Position numbers and translations under genes: made by a program. This document shows, piece after piece, positions 11,660-24,329 of a stretch of DNA of 64,000 bases (positions are counted from its first letter, which is position 1; each line of letters starts with the position of its first letter). The stretch is from Azolla caroliniana (taxonomy: Eukaryota > Plantae > Polypodiophyta): assembly GCA_043228905.1 (NCBI GenBank), contig JBHGNT010000007.1, forward strand, positions 744,001-808,000, given 5' to 3'. A model generated the notes under the pieces. It worked only from the letters and a program-made list of their open reading frames with translations, had not been told where the DNA came from and did no database searches.

Positions 11660-14600
11660 TGTTGAGAGACAAGCTCAACATCGGCCGGATCGGCTGAAGA
11701 AGCCGAGGACCGGATCGGTTGGGACCGATCGGTTAGGCCGAATGCGTATACCGGTACGTAGACCGGTGCGTAGGTAGGGCCGGATCGGTGCGTAAACCGG
11801 GAGGCCGTTAGGAAAGATATTCCGAGAGGAATATATTTGGGAGTTAGTGTAGGAGCTCTTAATGAGCATTGAAGTACTGTCAGTACTTCTGTCAGTCCTT
11901 CTAGGACTTGTATAAAAGTGTTCATTGAACACACATATGTATAGAGTGTGGTGAATAGAGATTGAGTACCTTTTTGAATATAGTTCTTGTTTTCCTCTCT
12001 CACTCTCTCTCTGTCTCTCCCGCGTATACTGCGTAAGCTCAAGCTCTCCATTAAACCTGAGTTTTCTTCCTTCTGTTTGATCTTCATACTTGCTTCCGCA
12101 CGCTACTTTTTACATGGTATTAGAGCGCGAGGGTTGAGAACCTCTCTGCAGCCGATACATCTTGAAGAAGAAGAACAAGAAGAACGATGGATAGAGGCAT
12201 GGCGAGCTCGCTTCCAACAGAGAAGCTCGACAGAACCAACTACGCGTCTTGGTCCTACAAGATGCACCAGTACCTGCTCGAGCACGGCTACTGGAGTTAT
12301 GTCGAAGGAGCTAATCACGCGGCACCCGAGTCGACACACAGAGACTTCCCGTCGTGGGAGAAATCGGCGAGCAGGGTATTATACTGCTTCGCGTCGTGTG
12401 TGGGCGAACAACTATTGAGCTATGTTCGGGATGCAAAGACGCCGAAGGGTGCGTGGGAAAATCTAAAGAAGATTTTCACCGCGAGCACCACAGCCAGGAA
12501 GCTTCAGCTCCGACAGGAGTTGAGCAACCTACGACAACGCGACTTGTCGGTGGCGGACTATACCTCGAAGATCAAGGATATATGCGACTCCCTCGCCTCC
12601 ATAGAGGTAAACATCGAGGAGAGCGAGATGGTCCAGATCTGTCTCAGAGGTTTGGCGTCGAAGTTCGGAGCGTTACAAACGGTTGTGTGTACCCGGGAGA
12701 ATACGCCGTCCTTTTTTGACTTACAGTCGATGCTCCTGGTAGAGGAGAACCACGCGGGTGCGTCGACGAGCACACAAACCGACAACAAGATGTTGTACAC
12801 GGAGGGAGAAAGGCCCCGTGGTCGTGGCGGACGAGGCGAGTCGGTACGCAATGGAAGCGGCCGACGAGATCAAGGAAGAAGGCACTGAAGTGATGCTGAC
12901 AGCAACTCCGGACCCTCCGGAACCAGGGGGAGTCGAAACGATGAGAACCGGCAAGGGAAGGTCATCGCGGAGTGCTGGTACTGTGGCAAGAAAGGCCACA
13001 GGGAAAGTGAGTGCTGGAAGAAGCGCGCCGATTCGGAGAGAACCGGTTCCGGAAACGGCTCCGGACATACCGACAAGGGAAATCAGCAGCGATCGCACTA
13101 CGCAGAAGACTCCGGGAGAGCCGGAGAAGGGTCTGCCTTCGTGACGAGACACGAAGCAAACTCAATGAAACAAAGCACCCCGAGATCGGACGAGGTGTGG
13201 TACGTAGACTCCGGCGCGTCAAACCACATGACAAGCCATAAGGAGTGGTTCTCGTACCTTGAAAAACCGATACAACCTAGAGTAGTCGCAACTGGAGACG
13301 ACACTCCGCATCCGATCGTGAATGTCGGAGAAGTTCCCCTTAGCCATGTCGGGTAGAAAGGGAAACTCATGAACGTGCTACACGTTCCGACAATCACGAA
13401 GAACTTGGTCTCGGTCGGACAGATCATCGACCAAGGGATGGAGGTTCGGTTTACACACCTCGGGTGCTTCATTGAGGAAGAAGGTCGTGTGATTGCGCAA
13501 GGGCGCAGAGACGGGAGGATGTTCATCCTCGACTCCACTGACGGTGGCACCACAATGTTCGCGAAGGGACAAAAATCCGAGTCGGACATCGACTTGTGGC
13601 ACAAGCGGATAGGCCACGTCAACTACCAGCGGCTTCAAGATCTGCAATCGAAACAGGTAGTGTTCGGATTGCCCAAATTTAGTGGCCGAAAGGCACAAAT
13701 TTGTGAAGCCTGCCAGCTCGGGACGAAACCGACTTCCTTTCCCCAACGAGCGAAACCGGAGCCGGAACAAGCTCGACCTTATACACTCCGATGTATGGGG
13801 GCTAGCACAAAACGTTAGTCTTGGCGGGAGCCGATATTTCGTCTCCTTCATCGACGACCACACACGACACACGTGGATCTACCTCATTGAGAGGAAGAGC
13901 GAAGTCTTCAACTATTTTCGGGACCTCAAAGGGTTCGTGGAAACGGAAACGGGACGACAAATGGGAATTCGGTGTGAATTCAGTTGTATCTATACATGCC
14001 GGAGCAGAACGGCGTGGCCGAGAGGACGAATCGGTCAGTTGTGGAAGCGGCACGGGCCATGCTGGAGGAGAAGAGCTTGCCCAAGTTCTACTAGGCCGAG
14101 GCGATAAGGACGGCAGTATACATCCAGAACCGGATCGGAGACAAAGTGTCGACACACGAGCTATATTTCGGAACGAAGCTGAACTTGCGACACTTGAGGG
14201 TGTTCGGTAGCATTGCGTATGTGCATGTACCGAAGGAGAAAAGGAGGAAGCTGGACGCAAAGGCCGAGAAATGCATCTTGGTCGGTTACTCGGACGAGCA
14301 GAAGGGCTATAAGTGCTATAACCCTCGCAACAAACAAGCGCGTGTTAGCCGTGACGTTGTGTTTGACGAGTCCGCGTCCTGGTACCAGCCCCCGACTCCG
14401 CACCCCGACTCCAATCCGAGCTCTGACGATGAGGTCAGCGAGGCCGAGATGCCTCCGGATGAGCCCGAAATCGAGACCCGCGAAGAGAGTCTGATTTCAC
14501 TCCGTTTAAGTGGACCGATTGGACGACTGTGTCAGTACGACCAGCCCGATGAAGAGCCGGCGAGTAGTGGAGACTCGGTCGTGCATTTCCCGCGTAGGAA

Positions 14601-17399
14601 GCCGAGGAGACGGCTTACGCGCAAAGAGAAAGGGAAGAAGAAGGTGTCGGATTCCGGCACGGATAGGAACGAGTCAGACCGACGCGAATCCGACTCCGAG
14701 GGAACCAGTGACGGGACTTTAAAGGTGAAGTCCGCATCGACCAAGAAGGCCTCGACATCGGCTGATGTGAGATTACGCCGATCTACCTGCCAAAAGAACC
14801 CAGTTTTGTGGTTCGGATACAACGAGTACATGGCGCATCACTATGCGTATATGACCGTGTAGCGGAAGTGCGTGAGCCGGAGAGCTACGCAGAAGCGGCT
14901 AAAGACGCGACTTGGCGTGCCGCGATGGAGGAAGAGATGCACGCATTGGCGGAGAACGAGACCTAGGACCTGGTTGACGCACCGAAGGGTGTGAAGCCGA
15001 TCGGGTGTAGGTGGGTGTACAAGGTCAAGTACAACACCGATGGCTCGGTCAACCGGTACAAGGCTCGGCTAGTGGCAAAGGGCTACGTGCAGAAACACGG
15101 CATCGACTACGACAAGACGTTTGCGCCGGTCGCGAAAATGACGACCATCCGTGTTTTGCTCGCAGTAGCCACGACCAAGGGGTGGCACCTACATCAGATG
15201 GATGTAAAGAATGCGTTCCTGCAAGGTGACCTTGAGGAATAGGTGTACATGGTACAGCCCCCCGGATTTCACTCCGGAACGAACTCCTCGGTAGTATGCC
15301 GACTGAAGAAGTCCCTTTACGGACTGAAGCAAGCCCCGCGTGCCTGGAACACGAAGATCACGCAATAACTGCTTCGGATGGGCTTTGTCACGTCAAAATC
15401 GGACTCTTCCCTGTTCATCCGGAAAGGTCGACTTGGACCGGTTAGTATTTTACTATATGTTGATGACTTTCTCATCACCAGCGCCGACCTAGGTGAAATC
15501 GACCGCGTGAAGCTCCAGCTTGCGGTATCGTTCGACATGAAGGATCTGGGGGACCTTCATTACTTCCTCGGGATCGGAGTGATCCGTACCCCGAAGGCAT
15601 ATTGATCAGCCAACATCATTACGTGTTGAGTATGCTCTTCAAATTCGGGATGGCCGACTGTAAGTCCGTCTCGACTCCTCTGGACAGAACCGTCAAACTT
15701 CGTCCCGATATGGGAAAGGTATGCGACCTGACGAGGTTCCGACAAATTGTCGGAAGCCTCATATACTTGACCATCACCCGACCCGACCTCAGTTATCCGG
15801 TCGGAGTGATCAGTCAGTTCATGGCGCGACCTACCGAGGAGCACCTCTAGTGTGCTCAACGCATACTTCGGTATGTCAACGGCACTAAGGACCGGGGACT
15901 GCTATATCGGACCGGTGCAGCCGCGCAGTTAGTCGGCTACACCGATGCTGATTGGGCTGGCAACGCCGCCGATCGCCGATCCACATCCGGATACGCGTTC
16001 TCCCTCGGCAGTGCCGTGATCGCGTGGACTAGTAAGAAGCAGCCGACAGTTGCACTATCGACCACCGAAGCTGAGTACCGCGGAGCGGCTGTCGCGACAT
16101 GCGAAGCCATATGGTTGAAGCGGCTACTTAGGGACCTGCAAGAGCAAGTGTCAGATCTGACGACAATCTACTGTGACAACCTCAGCAGCATCCAGCTCGC
16201 GAAAAACCCCGTTTTCCACGCACGAACCAAGCAGATTGAGGTGCACTACCATTTCGTCCGTGAGCATGTCCTTTCCGGTGAAGTCGAACTTCAGTACGTG
16301 CCGACGGATCGGGAGACTGCCGACATCTTCACAAAGCCTCTTGGTCTGGACAAGTTGCGGCAATTCTCAGGTGCGCTCGGGTTGCGTCACCTCGACGTGC
16401 CAAACTTGAGGGGGAGACCAGTCCCGAACGACCAAGCAAGGCAGCAGGAAAGGAGCGGAGACCGCGACACCGAGTCGGTTGACTCAGTTGTCAAGTTCGA
16501 CTTCGGATCGGCTGAAGAAGCCGAGGGCGGACCCGCGGAAATGTTCGGAAGCGGACAAAAGGGGAACAGCCGAAGGAGAGAGCCGAAGCCAACCACGCAT
16601 GGGGAAGATGACGCCGTCGAGGGCGAGAAGACCGAAGACAAGTTGGAGACAGCCAACTCGGACGAGAGCGAAAACCGATCGGAGGTAGCCGAGTCGGTTC
16701 GGATGTTTGATTCAGATACGTTGAATCAACCAAGGCCCAAACGAAAGAAAAGGCAGCAGGAGAAGCGTCAACACTGCAACAGCAGAAGAGCTGATAAGGG
16801 CCACATGAGCAGACAAGCCGACCGGAAGGGTCGAAGCGCCCGGAGTCAAACAGGTCGAGGAGAGCGAGCGAGGCGTGAAGCCAGGAGGAACTGGAGCTGT
16901 GAGCCCAAAGATCCCGAAGAGCCTCAAGTTGAGCTTGAGGGGGAGTGTTGAGAGATAAGCTCAACATCGGCCGGATCGGCTGAAGAAGCCGAGGACCGGA
17001 TCGGTTGGGACCGATCGGTTAGGCCGAATGCGTATACCGGTACGCAGACCGGTGCGTAGGTAGGGCCAGATCGGTGCGTAAACCGGGAGGCCGTTAGGAA
17101 AGATATTTCGAGAGGAATATATTTGGGAGTTAGTGTAGGAGCTCTTAATGAGCATTGAAGTACTGTCAGTACTTCTGTCAGTCCTTCTAAGAGTTGTATA
17201 AAAGTGTTCATTGAACACACATATGTATAGAGTGTGGTGAATAGAGATTGAATACGTTTTTTAATATAGTTCTTGTGCCTTCTCTCTCACTCTCTCTGTC
17301 TCTCCCGCGTATACTGTGTAAGCTCAAGCTCTCCATTAAACCTGAGCGTTCTTCCTTCTGTTCGGTCTTCATACTTGCTTCCGCATGCTACTTTTTACA
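11660..17399 (+). mobile_element. Full-length Ty1/copia LTR retrotransposon with a disrupted gag-pol
   Basis: LTRs 11660-12114 and 16946-17399 (TG...CA); TSD CAAAT on both sides; PBS TGGTATTAGAGC at 12115-12126; PPT GAGGGGGAG; gag-PR-INT-RT-RH order over about 12199-16951 with several stops and frameshifts. Confidence 0.97.
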
Positions 17400-20300
17400 C
17401 AAATTGATGAAATCGTCGAACTTCTTATACCATTGTCGGGGTGCCCGCTTCAGGTCATAAAGACTCTTCCTGAGTTGGTAGACTAGATGCTCTTGGCTAG
17501 ATGCAACAAGGCCTTTCAACTATTCCATCTAAATTTCCTCCTCTAGGTCGCCATGGAGGAAGGTTATCATCACATCTAACTGTATAAGTTCCAAGTCCTC
17601 GGCTGCCACTATGCCCAAGAGGAATCGAAGGGTGGTCATTTAACTACTAGTGAAAAAATATCGTCGAAGTCGACGCCATATTGGTGTAGGAAACTTTTAA
17701 GTTTGCAACTTATCTGGCCTTGCAATTGGGGTAGGGAGAGTCTGAAATCTCTTAGAGTCAATAGACCCATTTGCACTGAAGAGCGCGTCGGTTGTTCGGT
17801 AGTTCGACTAAGTCCAATGTTTTATTGTGTCGGATGGAGTAACTCTATGACTCCATCGTTAAGTGCCAAGTGACCAAATCGGCGCACGCCGATGATTCTT
17901 CGTATGATTTGGGCTCACCAATGTCCATGAAGAAGATTCTAGCAGAGTATATCTCTGGTGGCTGAGAGTCGTTTAGATCCTCTAAGGACGACTGGACTCG
18001 TCGAATCATCGCTGATGATCATCTCTTGGGTAGTCGATCCATTTTGTGGTTCACTACTTAGGTTGCTCTTTGAGTCAGTTGGTCCCGTGGAGGCAACTTG
18101 ATGTGTTGTCGCTCTAGTGTGTAGTGCTTGATCGTGAAGAGGAGACAAGGCATCCGAAAAAGGGACTCTTCTAACTTCAATCGGCCTTTCCGCCGGTTTG
18201 TTCATCTTTGACTCGTTAAAGACGATGTCTGAACTTCGGATGATTTGTCTATTTTCTGGATCCTAGAGTTGGTAGCTGAATTTTCCTTTCTAATCCATAG
18301 CCAAGGAATATACATTTCCAGGATCGTGGCTCAAGCTTTCGGTGATCATCCTTAGGCACAAGTGTGAATGCTTCGCAACCAAAAATCCGGAGCTTCTTGT
18401 AATCTGGCCTCTGGCTAGTCTGTTGTCAACCGGAATAGTAACCGCCGGCCATAACCCGGGATAAATTAAAATTAAAATTAAAATATTGTAAGAAACACAT
18501 GTAACAGTTCACACGAGGAGTGTAACCGACAAGACGCCCTGTGTATATAAAGGGCAAAATTCTTATGATAAGAGTTAGCATTGTTTTGAGAGGTCTTTTC
18601 TAATATAGTACTATCTTCTGTGATCTATTGTGTAAGTGCCAATGTGATATTGAGTGAGGGATTATACTCTGTAAGAAGTACGTAACTGTAAACGTAAGGT
18701 TAAGCGTGTTCGCGTAGTTACACATCGTTCCTTCGGTTGTAGCCGAGAACTTTCACGCCCTATAGATATGCATCCTTCAGCAACAAGTAAGGTGTGAACG
18801 TACGTTGTGCACCTCTCTATCCCTTGTAACGCAACCCCTTGACGCCTACCCCGAAGGACTGTGGGTAGACAATGTTCTAGACGACGGTACACCGACAACA
18901 CTTTTGGCACGCCTAGGGATCTGTGATTTTTCGCAAACGAGCAGCAAGGGATGGATGTCTAGCCATAGACGAACAAGAGAACCGACCCGGCAAGATCAAC
19001 CATTGACGAGGTCGATCACACACCAGACAGAAGAGCGAGCGAAGCAAAAACCTCACCTCATCGACCACGAAGTTTCCTTTCAGGACTACAAGGTCGACCC
19101 CACGCTGATAGAACAACGCGATGTCAAGGAGGAAGCTCTGTCACCACACGGAAGTTGTGGTCTTCCCCTACCGACCGTCGCCATAGTGTCTGGAATGGCT
19201 TTCTCCTACCCTCGATTCAACAGCGAAACAGACGCCGCGAGCCACATCCTGTTGTTCCTCAATGTTTGGAATGCCAATCACATGGCACAACAGTTTCCAG
19301 AAGCTGAAGCTCATGCCTCGAAGATAGTAGAGTTCGGATTGACTCTAGATGGTCGAGCAGCATGTTGGCACTCTCAGATGGACCTGGAAGCAATCACAAC
19401 CTTCGATCAACTGCAATTAGCATTCTTGCGGTTTTTTCATAGGCGGGTACCACAACGAGAAATCATCAGCCAATTCTATACAATCAAGCAGTCACCGATG
19501 GAATCCGTCACAGATTTTAGTCTCCGTTTCCAGAGTCTATGGTGGCAGCTTACATGGGCCCCAGTAGATGAAGAGGCTAAGGAAACGTTTTTGGCAGCCC
19601 TACGACGACCTATCAGGATGACTCTTAACACCCATAGTGTGAAAGGGGAAACAACTGATATGGTTATCGAGCGAGCATTACAACTCGAATTGGAAGAGGA
19701 AGATGATGGATTTTCCATGTCATCGCTACGTCAAGCGTTGCCTCACGATGAGGAACGTCGCTTCCACTAGGCTGCTCAATGTACAATCTGCTTAAACTCA
19801 AGGCATTCCGCAGTGGAATACAATATGCGAATGCATTGCTTGATTTGCCACTCAAAGGCGCACACGGTGGAGCAATGCGATTACAATATGCTTAACAGAT
19901 CGACACCCGTTGTACAACGCATGGAACCACAACGGTTATATCACAGGAATGGCCAAGAACGGCAGGAGGATCACTTTCGGTATGCAGACCGAAATCAGTG
20001 CCGAGAGAGCCCATTCCAAAATCATCGTCCTAGCGATCCATATTTTGAGGAAGAAGATCAAGAAGATGACGAATATAGGAATAATATTCAGTATAATCAA
20101 GGGGGGCATCGTTACGACAATCGCAATTCGGCATACAATCGTGGGGGATTCAACGGGCCTCGCTCACACGGAAACAACCGACAATATAGGAACCAACAAC
20201 ATTACGATGAGAGTTCAGAGGATGATCAGCGTTAGGAGACGCCGGGACCAGTGTCAACCACCCCAGAATAACAAGAGAATGCAGTAAAATCAGGAGGAGA

Positions 20301-20559
20301 AAGTTGCACCTGCGGATATGAATACACCACCAGTAGTGGAAAGAGGAGAGTCCAACGTACATTGTTTTGTATGCCAACAACCCGGACATTACGCGACGTA
20401 GTGCCCACGCCGCAAAGGCAAAGTGGTCGTCGTGAATGCAATCATGACAGAAGTACAACAGGTCACCACATGACAACAAGCAAAGAACGTAGACTAGGTT
20501 GAACAAGATGAGATACGCAAAGCAGCCAAGGACTAGGTAGAAAAAGCAAATTTTGCAAA

Positions 20560-21195
20560 CGTGGAGCATATGAAGCAGGAGTCTGTACGTGCCAGTTCGC
20601 CAATAGAGGAGGACACAACATCACCAAACTCCATATGGCAAGCATTGGCCTCCTGTGAGATAACAATGAGCATGGAGAAGCTTCTCCAACTAGTACCCCG
20701 ATTCTGTCAGGCGGTTGAAAATCGCATGATGGGCACACCTGGAGTAGAGGTTTCGGCAAATTTTGCGAAGACTCGTACCAATCCAACAGTCATCGATCAG
20801 CACAATCCAGCCATTAAGCTGGTATTACAAGGACAGGAAATCACGGGATGTATCGTTAATGGGGGATCAACGAAACATCCCGTGAAGCGTGGAGCGTATG
20901 AAGCAGGAGTCCGCACGTGCCAGTTCGCCAATAGAGGAGGATACAACATCACCGAACTCCATATGGCAAGCATTGGCCTCCTGCGAGATAACAATGAGCA
21001 TGGAGAAGCTTCTCCGACTAGTACCCCGATTCTGTCAGGCGATTGAAAATCGCATGACGGGCACACCTGGAGTAGAGGTTTCGGCAAATTTTGCCAAGAC
21101 TTGTACCGATCCAACAGTCGTCGATCATCACAATCCAGCCATTAAGCTGGTATTACAAGGACAAGAAATCACGGGATGTATCGTTGATGGGGGAT
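20560..21195 (+). repeat. Tandem duplication of about 308 bp (offset 328) before the gypsy protease
   Basis: MEHMKQESVRASSP...GCIVNGG is repeated as MERMKQESARASSP...GCIVDGG, with about 20 bp of filler. Confidence 0.9.
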
Positions 21196-24100
21196 TAGGT
21201 GTCAATGTCATTTGTACGACCACATGCGCACGATTGGGAATCACAGACTGGGAAGCGTGCCCTTTTTGGCTCCGCATGGCCGACAGGGATGATTCGGAAA
21301 CTAGGGATTGTTGTTGGTGGCCATCGCTTCGAAATCTCGGCAGTGGTACTCGCATTAGACGCCCCGGGAGCATACCCAATATTGCTTGGCAAGCCGTGGC
21401 TATGCTCGGCCAACATAAAACAAAACTGGCAATATAATTGCATTAGTTTCCGATGAGGATGGAGCAAAATCCGCGTAACCACCTAGGAAATGACACCACT
21501 CACCAAGGAGTGGAGGATACGGAGCAAGAAGCGTACCTTGATGATCACCCACGGGTCGTCCCATTATTCGAAATTGACATAATGGAAACTGACGCGGAAT
21601 ATGCCCCCACTATTGCGCTTAAGGAGGAGGCATACGAACTGGACCCAGAATCGATCATGGAGTTAAGCAGAGCACGTGCTATGTTCGAATGAGAAATGGA
21701 AATCTCGCAGCATGTCACTACCTCGATTGTGAAAGACTTACTCCCAAGTCAGAAGGCGGCAATGATAGCACTACTCAAAGAATACAAAGATGTCTTCGCA
21801 TGGTCCCATGAAGATATGAAGGGGTTAGACCCAAAGTTTTATTAGCACAAGATCAACTTAGCCACCGACGCGAAACCTGTACAATAGCGGCAGTACCGAA
21901 TGAACCCGAATTATGCGGCTCACGTGAAAGAGGAAATTGACAAACTTCTCAAGGCAGGATTTATCCGACCGGTAAAGCAAGCTACGTGGCTAAGCCGATA
22001 GTTGTAGTGCCAAAGAAAAATGGCAAATTTCGCGTTTGTGTATATTATCGCAAGTTAAATGACGTGACAATCACGGATGTGTTTCCCTTACCCTTTACTG
22101 ACAGCGTATTAGACACGGTCGCAGGCCATGACATGTACAGTTTTTTAGATGGCTTCAGCGGGTACAATCAGGTATGCATGCATCCTGACAACCAAGATAA
22201 GATTGCGTTCTTCACGGACTAGGGGGGTTTATGTTGCAGTGGTAATGATGTTTGGGCTAAAAACGGCTCCAACAACTTTCCAGCGAACGATCATAGAGAT
22301 TTTTGGGGAGTATATACCCGCCTTTATGCAAGTTTTCCTTGATGATTTTGTGGTATATGGAACAAGAGCCAAACATTTGGCCCACCTCCGACTCTATTTG
22401 GAACATTGTCATACTTCTCGCCTAAGCTTGAACCTAGCAAAGTGTGCATTTGGTTTTACCAGTGGAGCCCTCCTTGGCCACATTGTAAGCAAGGAGGGGA
22501 TAGCAGTGGATCCGAACAAAATTATGGCGATCATCGAAGCAAAACCTCCGACAATTGCCAAAGAACTCAACTGTTTTCTCGGGCAAATACACTAGCATAG
22601 TCGTATGTTACAGTATTTGGCGGATTTCGCTACCCCGTTACACGCTGTCGTGCATCTCACACCCTTCAAGTGGACGGCAATTGAAGAAAAAGTGTATGAC
22701 GCACTCAAAATAATGTTAACTCAAGCACCAGTCGTACAACCACCAGATTGGGTGAAACCATTCCATGTCTTTGTGGATGCTTCAGATATAGCAATAGGCA
22801 GCGCATTGATGCAGCTCACGGAACCCAATTGCTACAAAATAGTCTATTACGCTAGTCGTAAGCTATCTACTGCCGAACGAAATTACTCCACAACAAAGTG
22901 GGAGGTGTTGGGAATGATATATAGCATCAACAAATTCAGGCATTACTTACTAGGACGAAAATTTATGTTTCACGTAGATCACACGACGTTATTGTACTTG
23001 GTGGAAAAACAGGCACTCATAGGGAAGCTGGCCAGATGGATGCTACTGCTGTAGGAGTTCGACTTTGTAATCCAGCATCGGCCAGGTACGCAACACGTAG
23101 TAGTGGATTTTTTAAGTAGAATGGATAACGGGGAAAATGCGCGAAAGGGTGACGATGACTTTCCCGACGCTGACATTCTACGGGTCGTAATGATAGCGTC
23201 ACAAGAAGAGAAAAATTTTCCGGATTGATGGCTAATGGAAATGATGTACTTTCTGTCCACGGGATTGCCATCGCCACAACTAAGGACGGATGAAAAGAAG
23301 CGATTCGTTGTTCGTAGCCGTAACTTTTGCCTGGTCGAAGGAGTCCTTTATCACAAGGGCAACGATGGAATCTGGTGACGCGTGATGCACTAGGATGAGA
23401 AGGAAGCCGTCTTACACGAAGCTCACTATGGTACGATAGGGGGGCACTATGCGGGCGATGTTATGGCCAGAAAAATATGGCAAGCAAGTCTATGGTGGCC
23501 CACCACACATAAAGACGCACACCTCTACTGCAGGCAGTGCGATCTACGTCAACAATTGGGTCAGCCCACGGAGAGTGCGAGGATGCCACACCAACCCGTT
23601 CTGCCGTTGAACCCATTCCAGAAGTGGGGTCTTGATTTTGTTGGTCCTTTTACACCGACAACAGCACGAACAGGCAATAGATATATTCTGGTCGCCACAG
23701 ACTACTATACTAAGTGGGTGGAGGCAAAGCCGCTACGGGACAACACGACGACATCCACGGAGAAATTTCTGTATGAATACATCTGGTGTCGTTTCGGCTG
23801 CCCCATCGAGCTCATCAGTGATCAAGGGAGTCACTATCTGAATTCAATCGTCCATGAGCTCACACACCATTACACCGTCGTTCATAAGAAAAGCACGTCA
23901 TACTATCCACAAGCGAATGGACTAGCAGAGTCTACGAACAAAACCTTGCAGACGATACTGAAGAAGATTGTGAATGAGAATAGAACGGATTGGGATACTA
24001 AATTGCACAGCGCCTTGTGGGCGTATTGGACCAGTTACAAGACTAGCATATAGTCTACGCCATTCTGGTTGGGTTTTGGGTTAGAAGCCGTAATGCCCAT

Positions 24101-24329
24101 CGAATTTCAGGTGCCCAGTCTGCGGAACCCCGATGTCACACAAGACAATAAACCCTGTGGAACAAAAAGAAGGTTATAGATGGTTTTCTGCACATCACAG
24201 GAAACAGACCTCCGCTTTCAACCCTCCTTGCTCTCTTTGCTCCTCCCGCTCTCCTCGCTCCCCACCATACCACAGAGTGCCCAATCACCGCAGCTTGCGA
24301 ACCTCACCCCGTCGACCTTCCCCCCCTCC

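Noticed and set aside
12558-16967. Numerous antisense and alternate-frame ORFs over copia pol
   Set aside because: Shadow ORFs of GC-rich retroelement coding sequence with no independent motifs.
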